A stretch of DNA of 64,000 nucleotides from Spizellomyces punctatus DAOM BR117 (Eukaryota): the NCBI GenBank assembly GCA_000182565.2, contig KQ257453.1; one strand, 5' to 3'. The translations under genes and the position numbers were made by a program. Below are positions 27,401 to 39,742 of the stretch, one piece after another (within the stretch, counting starts at the first letter, position 1; every line of letters starts with the position of its first letter). The notes beneath the pieces are model-generated. The model saw only the letters and a program-made list of their open reading frames with translations. It did not search any database and was not told the origin of the DNA.

Positions 27401-28796
27401 AGTTCGAGCATCGAAAGGAATTCGCATGACGGCATTCCATGGAAACTTCTTCCTTCGGTCAACGGACCTCTTGTCATTACCAAATGTCAACCCGGATAAC
27501 TCGTATGCTGTGGAAATGACTCTACAAGAGAACCTAACAACGTCACTGGCATGCTTTCAAACTGCTTTGTTACACACTAGTAGTAACGGTGAGTAGATGC
27601 AAATGATGTATTAGACGAGCTTCCTGCTGACCACATAAACCTTATGCTATAGGAGAACGGCGAATCAGGGTCATCACGTTAGCGGTTCCCGTAACAAATA
27701 ACTTGGCTGATGTGTTTGCCTCCACCGACCAGTTTGCAGTTGCATCTCTGCTATCAAAGAAAGGTAAGTTCAACAACTAGTGGGATATGGTATGTGATCT
27801 GATGTTAATGATGTCGTTTGATAGCCGTCGAGCGAGCTCTGACGTCGAAAATCGAGGATGCGCGAGAAGCTCTGATGTACAAACTTGATGACATTATGGG
27901 CGCTTATAAATCGTCCTTCACCACGTCGGGACAAGCTGTGCAGTTGCTCATGCCAGATAACCTGAAGCTACTTCCCTTGTTAACGTTGGGATTGCTGAAG
28001 AATGCAAGTACAGTGGCCTTATTTCTCAATGCTGTCAGGGTGCTAATTTGATTACATTTTGGTCAACAGACGGCCTTCCGTTCCACAAGCACGGTACCGA
28101 GCGACCTGCGTTCATACATTATGGCAATGCTGTACGTTCTTCCTCCAGAGATGTCCATGGTGCAGATTCATCCCAGATTTTGGGCTTTGCATGCCCTGGA
28201 TCAACAGGTTGGTGACAGATAGTTGTATTGACGTCGAAGATTCTGTCATGTCCGAAACTTGGCTAATGCATCTACCATATTATAGGCTGGGTTACCTGGT
28301 GCGGATGGGCGAATTGTGAAACCCCCGTCGCTCAACTTGAGCAGCGAGAAGCTGGAACGACATGGCCTGTACCTCTTGGAGAACGGATTCGAGATTTTCA
28401 TTTGGGTAGGACGCGCAGTCGCGCCTGAACTGGTACAAATGCTTTTCGATAGGCCAGCATACGACGCAATTACTGCTGGAAAGGTATAACGTTCATTTCA
28501 ATGGATGATGGAGGATTACACGTGTCTGATTCTCTTCATCGTGGCAGACTACCTTGCCAACATTGCAAAATGATTTCAATGTACGAGTCAACAACCTTAT
28601 CGGCAAAATACGCGAGGTCCGAATTCAAATGATGACAACCTATCCACAATTGTACGTGGTCAAAGAAGATGGAGAACCATCTCTTCGTATGTGGTTCCTA
28701 TCGCAGCTGATTGAAGATCGCATCGATGCAAGTTACTCGTATCCCCAATTCTTGGGTGTTTTGCGGGAACGGTTAGGAAAGGTTGGCACTGCATGA
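24471..28796 (+). CDS. SEC24: COPII coat subunit Sec24 (Sec24A/B-type), multi-exon
   Basis: Pro-rich N-terminus, zinc finger [14 protein letters not shown]...[63 protein letters not shown] and a gelsolin-like C-terminus. Confidence 0.97.
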
Positions 28797-29070
28797 TCGC
28801 AATAGATTATATCTTTACTGCTCCAGAGTCTTTTCATCGTTTGCCCCGACCAAGCCTATAAAAGCTTGTATACTTTGCTTCTCCACAGTGTGCTCGTCGT
28901 TGAAGCCAAACCTTGATGCCAACAAAAAAAAAAAGAAACTCTCATCATAGTCGGTAATGAATCTGCATTTGGACAAATTGCATCCAGACATGACGTGAGT
29001 CACACAACCGCCTCCATTTGAACTTTTGCTTGGAGGTCCCGCGTCCATCGGTGGAGGATACTCACACAAG

Positions 29071-32000
29071 ATGGCAGAAACACCCGAGCTCATATTGTCA
29101 ACAGAAGGGAGCACGGATCTGCCCCATGAGGACTCAACTATTGGTATGAGCAGCGAAGATTTAGACCGCGGTTATCCACTAGATCTTGCAGCAGAGAGCC
29201 ACGTTGTCACTGCCAGAGGATTGCTCACCACCGGTACCCACATAACCGGAAGCGAGCATTGCGGACACACGCCGGCAGATGAGTTAGCTCCCGCCTTGAG
29301 TTTCGAGGACTTGACAGCGGGAAGCTACACAGACTTTACTGGAATTGAGCAAGCGTACGAGGTGGACTCTGAGAACCTAATGGAGCGACCAACTCCGAGT
29401 CCTCCACCGCAACGGGTTGCCTTGCTGCCCTTTCTACTAGTGGCTGAGGAGTATCCGGACGATCTACTCAATGGTCTGAGTGAAATTTCCCAATACTGTG
29501 TTTATAAGAACTTTGTAACGGCGGATACCATGTTGGAAGCAGAAAACGTCGAACGTATAGCTGTGCGGTAAATATTTGAATGACAGTTCCGCTATGGCCT
29601 CATTAACTGAGTCCTGGACATAATTTCGGACAGCTTCCAATATGATGAGCAGCTCAACCCCGGTTCAGTGAATGTCCGGCCCTCTCACATGAACCATCGG
29701 CAATTACCACCAGACGAAAAGTTCGCCATTGTTGTTTCGTATAAGAGAAAAAGCGAAGGTGCTCCGTAACATGTTCTGGATCACGCAAGACCGTTCGACT
29801 CATCGCGATTTTAAAACATACAATATAGCCTTTCGAGCTCTGGGTCGCATGCTTGGAGTGTTGTTCGATATCCGGGAGCCGTCGGACTTGGCCACGGTGA
29901 TGAGTTGGGATGAAACAGCTCAATTTCAGACGCTCGGGTATGAAGGAGATTTGTAATGTGTATACAAGTCACTAATACCGTATACGCTCGCCAGAGTGAT
30001 GATTGATTGCAGTCGATCCGCAGTCCTAACCATGCAGACGGTGATGTACCTGTTACGGACTTGTGCATTACTGGGAATGAACACTTTCCAGTTGTATACC
30101 GAAGATACCTATCAGGTATGGGTTAGTTTCTTTGTGCTGGTATGTCTCCAAGTAACATTATTTCTGCAGATTGAGGACGAACCATTTTTTGGTTATTTGC
30201 GAGGTACATCCGACGTCGCGCTGGACTAAGAATGATATACGTCAACTAAATCTATAATGACGCAGGGGGATTCTCGCAGGAGGACCGAGCTTTGATTGAT
30301 AACTACGCATCAAACTTTGGTATAGAGGTAAATGGGTTCGTTACTGCTCATCACACTTCTTTGGGTACTTAGCACGTATTGCGAAAGGTCTTCCCGTGCA
30401 TACAAACTTTGGGACACCTTGGTCAAATCCTGCAGTGGCCGAGGTTCGCAGGGGTGAGAGAGTACGTGAAACCCTTGCTTATGATTTCGATGGCGCCAAC
30501 GCGTACTAACTTTTATGGTTCGCTAGCACGCATGAGGTTATCTTACCAGGCTCAGAAGAAACATACCAGCTGATCGAGAAGATGGTCGATGCTGCATCTA
30601 AGCCACTGCAATCGAAACGGATTCATATTGGGATGGATGAGGTACGAGCGTAAAACAAGTATCACCACTAGCAAGAAACTGACATTCCGTATGAAGGCAC
30701 ATGGGGTTGGCGAAGGTCGATATAAGCAGATTTTCGGTGAAAAAGATAGTAGTGAGGTCTTCTTGGCGCATTTGCAGAGAGTGGAAAAGATATGCAAAGA
30801 CCGTGGTTTGAAGCCAATGGTTTGGTCTGATAGTGAGTATCCTTGTTGTATGATTACTTGTCTTGGACGCGTCCACTGAAAAACTATTCTGATCATTACA
30901 GTGCTCTTCACTTTGGGTATGTATCGTTTGTAAGGATACCCTTCCATTGGGGGATTTCCATTTAACAGCTTGTCTAGCCGCCAAGAACAATTCCTTACAG
31001 AGTTATTACGAGACCTCGGACTTACCTCAGGAAATGAAGCACAACATGCCCGATGATTTGGATCTCGTCTATTGGGATTACTATCATGTAAGGGGGTAAT
31101 TAGTTGATTGGGTCTGGGCGACCAGTGTAGGCTCATCGTCAAATTGAAGGTGCAAACAGATGCGTATTCGCGAAAGATTCAACAACATCGGGATCTTGGA
31201 TTTGATCCCTGGGTAGCTGGAGGCATTTGGTAAGAACCAATGCGTCGGAAATTCAAATGATGTTACAGTCTCGCTAACACCATAGAAGGTCGTGGAACCG
31301 GTTTTATAGTGCGCTGCCATTTACATTTGCAGCATCGGATGCTTGCCTAAAAGCCTGTAAACGTGACAAGGTTAAAAATGTTTTCGTGACAACGTGGTAG
31401 GTAAGGTGACCTTTATACCGCAAGGGTATCAGAGGGGTTTTCCGCTAAGGGACTCGTAGGGGAGACGATGGGAATGAGTGTGATATTCTGTCGGCACTTC
31501 CTGGATTTGTCTATTATTCGGAACATTGTTATACGGCGAATGAAGACATTGATTGGAGTCTGTTCCGGAGAAATTTTGCGGGCATATGTGGAGGAAATCT
31601 CGATGATTGGGTACGTACCGCCTACCCTGTCGTGCCTCTCCCAGATAGCTGAATGCGGGCGATCCTAGATATATGCATCCAAAATCGATCTACCTCTGGA
31701 GACAATTGACCGAACGCGCTTTCCGGTATGCAGTAATCGATGTTTGTGTTGGTACTGTTGATATTGGCGTTGATCTAGACTGTTTGCAATGTAGCCGAAT
31801 GTCTCAAAGTGGCTGCTGTGGAATGATCCTTTCTACGGCTTCTTCTCGCCACAGTATGCTGGCGTAGATTTGGGATTGCATTATCAAGAGGTGCGAAACT
31901 ACCTTTTTGTGCCGAATCTGGGAGCTCTCGTCTGATGAATTTCGAAACCGATATTCTAGATTGCCCAGCATCTGGCAACCGTGTCTTCTGGAGAGCAATT

Positions 32001-32490
32001 GCTCTTGTACCCTTTGAACGAACGCCTGGCGTTTCCAGCCAGAATCGCGGATGTTTTAAGATTGAAAGCGAACTTACGACAAGGATTAGTCGCTGCATAC
32101 AAGTCTCAGAACCCTAAGAAAGAATTGTACGAATTCGTGCAGGGCCCCGTACGAGAATTGCGACGTGCGGTGGATCGTTTGTGGAAGCACCATCGCGATC
32201 AGATATGGCTTTCCACCTACCGGCCTTTTGGGCTTGAAATCATCGAACTGCGTTATGGAGGCTTAAGGACCCGTTTAGAGACTTTGGAGGATAGAATCTT
32301 GGCTTTTTGTGGTGTGGAAAGTGATGTTTTTCAGACCGCGAGGGCGACTGTAGGAATGGGGGGAAGTACCCGTGCCGACCTTTCTGAGCTTGATGCTGAG
32401 CTACGGGAAGTCTACGCAGGAATTGGGTTGGAGATCGTGGTGGATTTCGCACGAGCTTATACACCATCGCGCGCCCTCGGTACTGGCTAA
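29071..32490 (+). CDS. Glycoside hydrolase family 20 beta-N-acetylhexosaminidase (GcnA/HexD-like), about 15 introns
   Basis: MIDCSRSAV...LLGMNTFQLYTEDTY, FFGYLRG, PCIQTLGHL, catalytic RIHIGMDEAH, VYWDYY, AGGIW and TTWGDDGNE. Confidence 0.9.
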
Positions 32491-33291
32491 TGCGGGAGGT
32501 CACTTTACTACAATGACACAATCGATGTATTGGAATGTACAAAGGATCATATATAAAGTAGGCTATTCACATAAGCATTTCCCCGCGGACAAAGTCACTT
32601 GAAATCGCAATAGTTTTCCATGCCAGTCTGAACTCTAACACTATCAACCCTTCTCCTTCATTATACCAGTCTTTGCCCTTTCTCCAAAGCGTCCAGCCGG
32701 TTGCTGGATAAGCGTAAGGCAAGAGAGGTGATATGTAGCGAATGAAATCTCACTCCAAGCTTCATCGGCCCTGCAAAGTGCCCAGCAAAAGCATCGGATA
32801 ACAATTACACAAAGGAGGCAACAGTTAACCAAATCAATGCACAAGTGCACCATGCCCAAAATTCCAGACTGGTGGACAATTCAGGCATTTCATAACATGA
32901 TTATCCAGCTAACATGACGGCATTATTCAAAAGTAGCTGGATATCTTTCCAAATACGGAAACCAGAATCCACAGCGGTAGTTAGAAAACGAGGTTGGGCG
33001 GAATAGTACCCTCCCTCAATTCTCCTCGGCAGTGCGCTATCCTGCTTGTAAAGGTGTCGTACGTGCGACACTGTTGACTCGCACCAAACAACATTTGTCA
33101 AGAAGACATCCCAAGCCCACTCTTCGAGAAGAGGTTCGTCAAAATGTCTAATAATCGGCATGTCGAATGTGGAACTCGAGAGCAGGTTGAGATGACGGGT
33201 CAGAGTTTACAAGCCACGCTTTGTCCGAACATTACGTTGTTCGGACGTTGTTTGCCAATACGCCATTAGGCATATCATTCTTTTCAACGTC

Positions 33292-34222
33292 ATGCTTGCA
33301 TCGTCGTCGGATCTGCCTAAGCTGATCGTGGCGAGACTACGGACTGCAGAAGGCCCAGTGTCGCTCAATGAACTCAAGAAGGCCTTCGCAAGTGCTGATG
33401 AACCGGAGGATGCTGTAGCAAATGCGATCAACAAACTTTTATCAGATGGCGAAATGTACGCCAACATGCAGAGCTTCGATATGCACACGCGCATCTAACC
33501 ATCAGGTCTCCACATAGCAAGCACAGAAATATAACTGGCGCAACAGAATCCTCGCCGGATGTGGATATATATTGGATACCCATTACTTGTGAACATGCTT
33601 CTATACAACCTCCTTCTCATTCGACACCGCGAAAGAGCCAACCCACCGCTACTCCGCGAACGTAAGCATAGGATGTTGTGCACAGTCCTACGACAGTGTT
33701 AAAAAGGACAGTTTTTAGGCCTGAAGTTGACATAGTTCAGCAGGCCGCATATAAGGTATATACCTGCATTGGTTGATTTCATCCAGGTGTTCGAGGTTGA
33801 CGAGATACTTTGCTTCTAGGAAACACTAAAGACGGATGTTGCCAATCTACGTCAGAGGATAGCTGAACTAACGGAGGAAGGGCGATCGTTAGAAAGTGCT
33901 TTAAGGTGGGGGACCAAGAGGGCCACAGCAATATTTGCCCTCCTCTTTGCTGACCATGACCAAGACCTGGCGTAGATGTTGAGGAAATGCTCAATTCTCA
34001 TATCAAGCTTTTGCATGAGTACAACGAAATCAAGGATGTGGGGTAAGGAACATTTGTGGAACTTGGATCATCATTCGTAGTGTTATTCACGATTTGTTCA
34101 TCATTCACGGCTTACCCACCTTAAAACGTTTCAGTCAAATGCTTATAGGAAAGTGTGCAGAACAAAATGGTACGACAACACGTAGCATGTATGGAGAATT
34201 TGGCCTAGACCCAGACGATTGA
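33292..34222 (+). CDS. SWI5: Swi5/Sae3 recombination mediator with an N-terminal extension, 6 inferred exons
   Basis: C-terminal exons encode HIKLLHEYNEIKDVG/QMLIGKCAEQNGTTTRSMYGEFGLDPDD*, the Swi5 signature. Upstream exons splice in frame. Confidence 0.88.
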
Positions 34223-34606
34223 GTGTTTCGGAACGGGTACATAGCGACATGCCTATCTGACAAGCCTATATTATATATTCTTTGTACATGCAAAAATATT
34301 CATTGTTTATCGTAGTCAAGTCCGCTTTTTGCGAAGCGAGCCGGCCATTGAAAGTGTTGACAGTCTCAACATCAGGATTCGATCATCATCAACAGGCTGT
34401 GTTCCTCTACTGGTTCCCACACTATAGACTAGGTTTACATGCTCTGCAAAAATACAGCTAAAACCTCGCAATGTTTTCTATCCATCAGATAAATGTTCGT
34501 GCATATCTGGACTGGCGGGAGGAGACTTCCATGCGGTCACGTGAATTCCCGATCAACCCATCCCAGCGCTCCCAAAAGTTAACGGATCCTGAAGAGATCT
34601 TGCACC

Positions 34607-35818
34607 ATGTCGCTTTCAGCAGAAAAAGTTAAAAAGGCCAAGGAGCATTTACTCAAGGCACTCAAAGAAGAGAATTCAAAGGTGCGCAAGCGTTTTTGCA
34701 TACCGAAGTTCTACATTTTGTTGGGGGGCTCAATTTTTGCACTTTGAAAACCCCACAATTTATTGATTTGTCGTTCTGAAGACGGTAGATGACTTGCTGG
34801 AGTATCTGAAAGGCGTTACAGCATCAACGGAGCTTTTGAAGGTATATTCTGTAGTCAATCAACGGTGCGTTGCCACGCGACAATAACCATCCAAATTGTC
34901 TATGCGAATAGGCGACCGGAATAGGAGTTACCGTCAATTCTATACGAAAGAATACCTCCACCACCGAAAACCAAAAGAATGCTGCGAAATTGCTAGTTTC
35001 AAAGTGGAAAGATGACGTGGCATCTAGCAACGGAACCCCCAAAAAAGCGACCAACGGATCGACGAGGCCTGTAATGAAAGGTTAGTCTGCTGGATAGTAT
35101 CCCTTGCATCACTCTTCTTACAACATACACTAATGCTTAATCTAGTTGACACATCGACTAACTCAAATCCGTCATCGCGGCGGTCATCCGAGGCTGGGAC
35201 ACCCCACTCTGCGGATAGGGCAGAGAGGACGATCGAGGGGGATAACCTTTCATTCAAGTCAACGGGGGACAAAGTTCGAGATAAGTGTATCGGGTTGCTA
35301 TACTCTGCCCTCACACTAGATGTAGATATTGGTAAGTCACATTCAAATTGCGCCCTATACGGTTTCAAAAGAAACTGACAGGTTGTTGTTCAGATGGTGA
35401 AGGAGTACTACCAAAAGCCATAAAAATCGAAGACGTAACATATATCGAGAATGGTGGCGCGACGGGCGCCTACAAAAGTCGCATTCGCTCCCTTTGCTTC
35501 AATTTGAAGGATAAGAACAACCCAGATCTTCGTGACCGCATCCTGCAGGGTAAAATAGCGGCTGAGCGCTTTGCCAAAATGACAACTGAAGAGATGGCCT
35601 CGGCGGACAGGAAGAAGGAAGTTGAGAAGGCATTAAAGGAATCGCTAGAGGAGGCAGTGTCGGCAACGGACAATCAGTCGGAGACTGATATGTTCCAATG
35701 CGGCAAATGCAAGCAGAGGAAGACCAAATACTATCAAATGCAGACACGTAGTGCTGACGAACCTATGACCACGTTCGTGACCTGCGTGGTGTGTGGAAAC
35801 AAGTGGAAATTCTGTTGA
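34607..35818 (+). CDS. DST1: Transcription elongation factor TFIIS, multi-exon
   Basis: TGDKVRDKCIGLLYSAL, YKSRIRSLCFNLKDKNNPDLR and the zinc ribbon FQCGKCKQRKTKYYQMQTRSADEPMTTFVTCVVCGNKWKFC. Confidence 0.97.
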
Positions 35819-35986
35819 GGGTCAAACACTGAGCAATGTGATCGTGTTGACGTAGTAGAAAATGGCTTGCATGGTGGACGTTGGTCGATTTTCATGGGGG
35901 GAATGTACATATTTGTTGAACTAGCTTCAAGGTTGTCTAGAGACGCTGCTCTGAATGGATAGGGACCGTTGAAGAAAGAACCCATG

Positions 35987-38313
35987 CTATCGTCCCAGAG
36001 GCGGCAGCACGTAATTGGTTATGATATTGTCAAAAAATCGCAATCCTTCAACTGTGTCGTCTCTACATATCAATCCTCTACTTTCGGTCAACTGAGAACA
36101 TGGTAGAACGTCAGTTAAATCCCATAAAACGACAAAAATACGCAGTTACAGTCAGGCATACGCACTAGTAATTGCTCCACAGCCAGCACGACGGACACTT
36201 GTTCCAAAGGCGCCAAATCGACGGCCTTCAAGCCATCCTTTGCACCTTTTACGTGTGCGTGAACCCTCCGCGCTGTCTCTTCATCACTGTGAGTGGCAGC
36301 TTGAACGACCAGTAATCCGCTGTCAAACTGCCGGATTCGATATGGTAGCTGCAAGGTCTCAAACTGATTGCAGCATTTCCGCAAGTCCTGCGGTGAGATT
36401 AATGCTACGATAGACGAGATCCACACGTCAGGTTTGTTTCGACGAGAACCCCTCAGACCGACGTTCTTTAACGTACCGACCCCTCGGGCTCTATTGAACA
36501 AGCAATAGACATCGGTCAGGGCTATCATGCCACCGCCAGTGTGCTTCTTGAGGACTTTTTCCAGGAACTCGGCCAGCTGCCTCGCTAGTTCATTAATGTA
36601 CAAGTCACCAGCGGCTTCCCTGGAAATGATCAAGATATCCAGTCAAAACAAAGTCATCATGGTGGGAAAGTAAAACGCACGCTACCTTGTGACAGGACTG
36701 TGAATGCCCAAGTCTACAAGGTATGAACGGAAGGTAGCCATTGCCGACGAGTCATCTCCGCCAGCTGCGGCTCCTTGGGCAAGCTTTGTGCTGATAGACT
36801 CGGCAAGCTTGACCTATAAAGTGACTTAAGATAAGCTGGGCCCAGCGGAATATAATCATAGATGTTCATACCATATCTGCTGCCTTGGCCATCAAAGCGT
36901 TCAGGTCACTGAAGGCTTCATCAAGCGTATTCCCCATAAGTTGATTGGACTGTTCAACTGATCGCATGATGCTGGCTGCGGATTGTTCGAGTCAGCATGG
37001 TGATTGGATAACTGGAAATAGACGGCATACCAATGCCACCGACGTTTGGGCCCTGGGTAGGTTGAGAGATAACGGGTCTCGCTGGTACATCCTTGGGCGC
37101 GTCATTCTGGAAACGATAGGAACGTCATTGATTGCACTGACTGGCGAACACGGACCTGGCCTCCTTCTTACCTCCCAAGCGCGCGCGGAAACGGCTGACT
37201 TGAGAGCCTTTAGAAATTCAGACATTCCTCCCCCACGAAATGAAAGTTTTATCACAGCATAGTTTTCGCCGTCTTCGGCAGGTGACGAATTGCCGGAATC
37301 GGACGCCACGTCCTTGTGCATTTGGTTCTTGATACCCTTGTTCGGCTTTTCATTGTTCAAGTCATCTCTACAACTCAACGGAGGTGTAGATGTGGCAACT
37401 AATTGTGGGGAGTTGTCGTGTGCTTGTGGACGCTCCAAATCATTGGCGTGTTCTGTATCTGGCAGCAAAGCATCACATAGTTCACAATTTTTTAAATACG
37501 GGTGATTGAGGAATGTGCAGGCAGGGCAGCCTTTCTGCGGCCGTCGTGTTGGAGATACTGAAGCCGCACGGTTTGATGAACTGTGAGGTATTGCTTCTTT
37601 TGCTAGCGGCGGTGTCGCTGATTTCTGCAGGTTTGGATACGAGTAGGCGGAAGAGGCAGAGGATGAGGATGGGGGGACTTCTGAGGACCGCAATGATGGT
37701 TGTGGCTGTTCTCGCTTTGTCTGATGGACACCACAGAGTTCGCATTTCGAAATGGAGCTTGTATTTGAATGTTGACATATTTCACATATCCAAGTAGAAA
37801 CTTTGGCTGGAACGGGCGGTGGGGTATTGTGATTGACTGGGAGACTTGAATTCTCTAAAGGCTTCTTTGGTCGGTCAAGAAGAGGTGCCAATGATAATGT
37901 GATTTTCGGAGAGGAAGCCTTCCATATGCCACCCTGGGTACTAGACAGGTTAGACATGGTTTCAAAGGTTAAAGAAAACTGCCTGATTTTGCTCTACCTT
38001 TGAATCAACACTTTTGACGGCTGTCAAGGGCAGTTGCAGACCGTTTCCACGCGTCTCATCAACCCAAAGCAGTCGGTGTGTTGTTACAAAGGCAATACCC
38101 GTATCGAACTCGTGCAATCGTACCTTCCTAACAGATAGACATTCAGCTATCAGAAAGCATTGGTGGACCCTAACAGTAGCGCCCACTGAAAGGTTACTAC
38201 AATAATTACCCTTCGTAAAGTCCAACATCTTTTTGCATAACTGATATGGTCTCTTGTGAGGAGAGAATGGGACGGCCTGACGCCGTCAACTCGAGTTCCG
38301 AAAAGTGGTCCAT
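35987..38313 (-). CDS. VPS36: ESCRT-II subunit Vps36 (split GLUE domain with two NZF zinc fingers, EAP30 domain), multi-exon
   Basis: MDHFSELELTASGRPIL...VGLYEG, TTHRLLW, NZF motifs WICEICQHSN...CELCG and CPACTFLNHPYLKNCELC, IKLSFRGGG, AFSDLNALMAKAADM, LTDVYCLFNRARG and ICRDDTVEGLRF. Confidence 0.94.
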
Positions 38314-38499
38314 CAAGCGCAAGATCGTTTGCGTCGTCGGGCAAAACGTCAACACTTTCTGGCTGCGCGGTGAGCGCGACTAAGCATGGCCTATGACTAA
38401 GCACTAAGCGTGGCACAGCTCCACCGATTGCTTTGTCAGATTATCTCAACCTGCATTTGAAGTGAGAGACTTCGTTTGTTGACTTTTTCCTCGTCGACC

Positions 38500-39498
38500 A
38501 TGGAGCGATCACCAGCGACTTCCAATCTTTCCCAAGTGAAGCACATTATTCTCGTTTTGTCGGGCAAAGGAGGCGTGGGAAAGAGTACGGTATCAACTGA
38601 GCTCGCCCTTTCCCTTGTCGAACTGGGGAAGAAAGTTGGTGTTCTCGATATTGACCTTACGGGTCCCAGCATTCCTCGTATGTTTGGGCTCGATGGACAA
38701 CAAGTACATCAAGCGTCGACAGGGTATGTTTGATAGTCACTTTATGGTATATGCTGTTTATTAACTTCAATGTGAACAGATGGATTCCAGTATATGCCGA
38801 CGAAACGAAACGCCTCGCGGTCATGTCGCTGGGTTTTTTGCTACAAAATAAAGACGATGCGGTAGTATGGAGAGGACCGAAGAAAACAGGTACTTGGCTA
38901 TGCTGCGTGTTCACGCTTCTATTATGGAACCTAACAACATGTATTCGTTAGCAATGATCAAGCAGTTTTTGGAAGATGTGGCGTGGGGCGAACTGGATTA
39001 TCTTCTGATAGATACACCACCAGGAACTTCTGATGAGCATATTTCGGTTGCCGAGAACTTGCGGCAGTATAATCCAGACGGAGCCGTTGTTGTAACAACA
39101 CCCCAAGCCGTTTCTCTCGCAGATGTGCGAAAAGAGTTAAATTTTTGTCGCAAAGTTAAGATTCCGGTTTTAGGCGTAGTAGAAAACATGAGTGGATTTG
39201 TGTGCCCGCATTGCGCGGTAAGTACCTAACCGAAGGAATAACTTTTTATGCCATCACCTTACACAGCGCCTGCCTTGCATAGGAATGTTCAGATTTGTTT
39301 TCAAAGGGCGGGGGTGAAGCAATGGCAGAGGAGTTCAAGGTGGATTTCCTAGGACGAGTACCCATTGATCCGACGTTGACGACATTGATCGAAGCCGAGG
39401 GTGGCAGCTTCGTCAATCGTTTCACTCAATCCTCCCTGTATCCGATATTTCAAAAGATTACGGAAAAGGTCACTGACAAGTGCGAATCTTCCTCGTAA
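38500..39498 (+). CDS. CFD1: Cytosolic Fe-S cluster assembly factor Cfd1/NUBP2, 4 exons
   Basis: [40 protein letters not shown] and [14 protein letters not shown]. It lacks the N-terminal ferredoxin-like Cys motif of Nbp35. Confidence 0.93.
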
Positions 39499-39742
39499 TG
39501 CGATACATTGTTCGCCTTAGTTTGAGAGTATTGGAAGTATTCGTATTCATGATCATAGTCGTGGGTAGAGGTACATGGTAGCTACAACACCTATTGCATT
39601 TTGATGGACGGACCAACCCGAGGCAATGTAACAACCATTCAGCTCCAGAGTTTACCCGACTTGAATTGTTTACTGGTCTGATGTTTCAATGTATTTACAG
39701 CAATATATAGATGACAGAAAATTAAATAAAAAGCAGCTTCGT

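Noticed and set aside
37460-37800. Two NZF zinc fingers inserted in the Vps36 GLUE domain
   Set aside because: This is the known yeast-type Vps36 architecture, so it is not novel.
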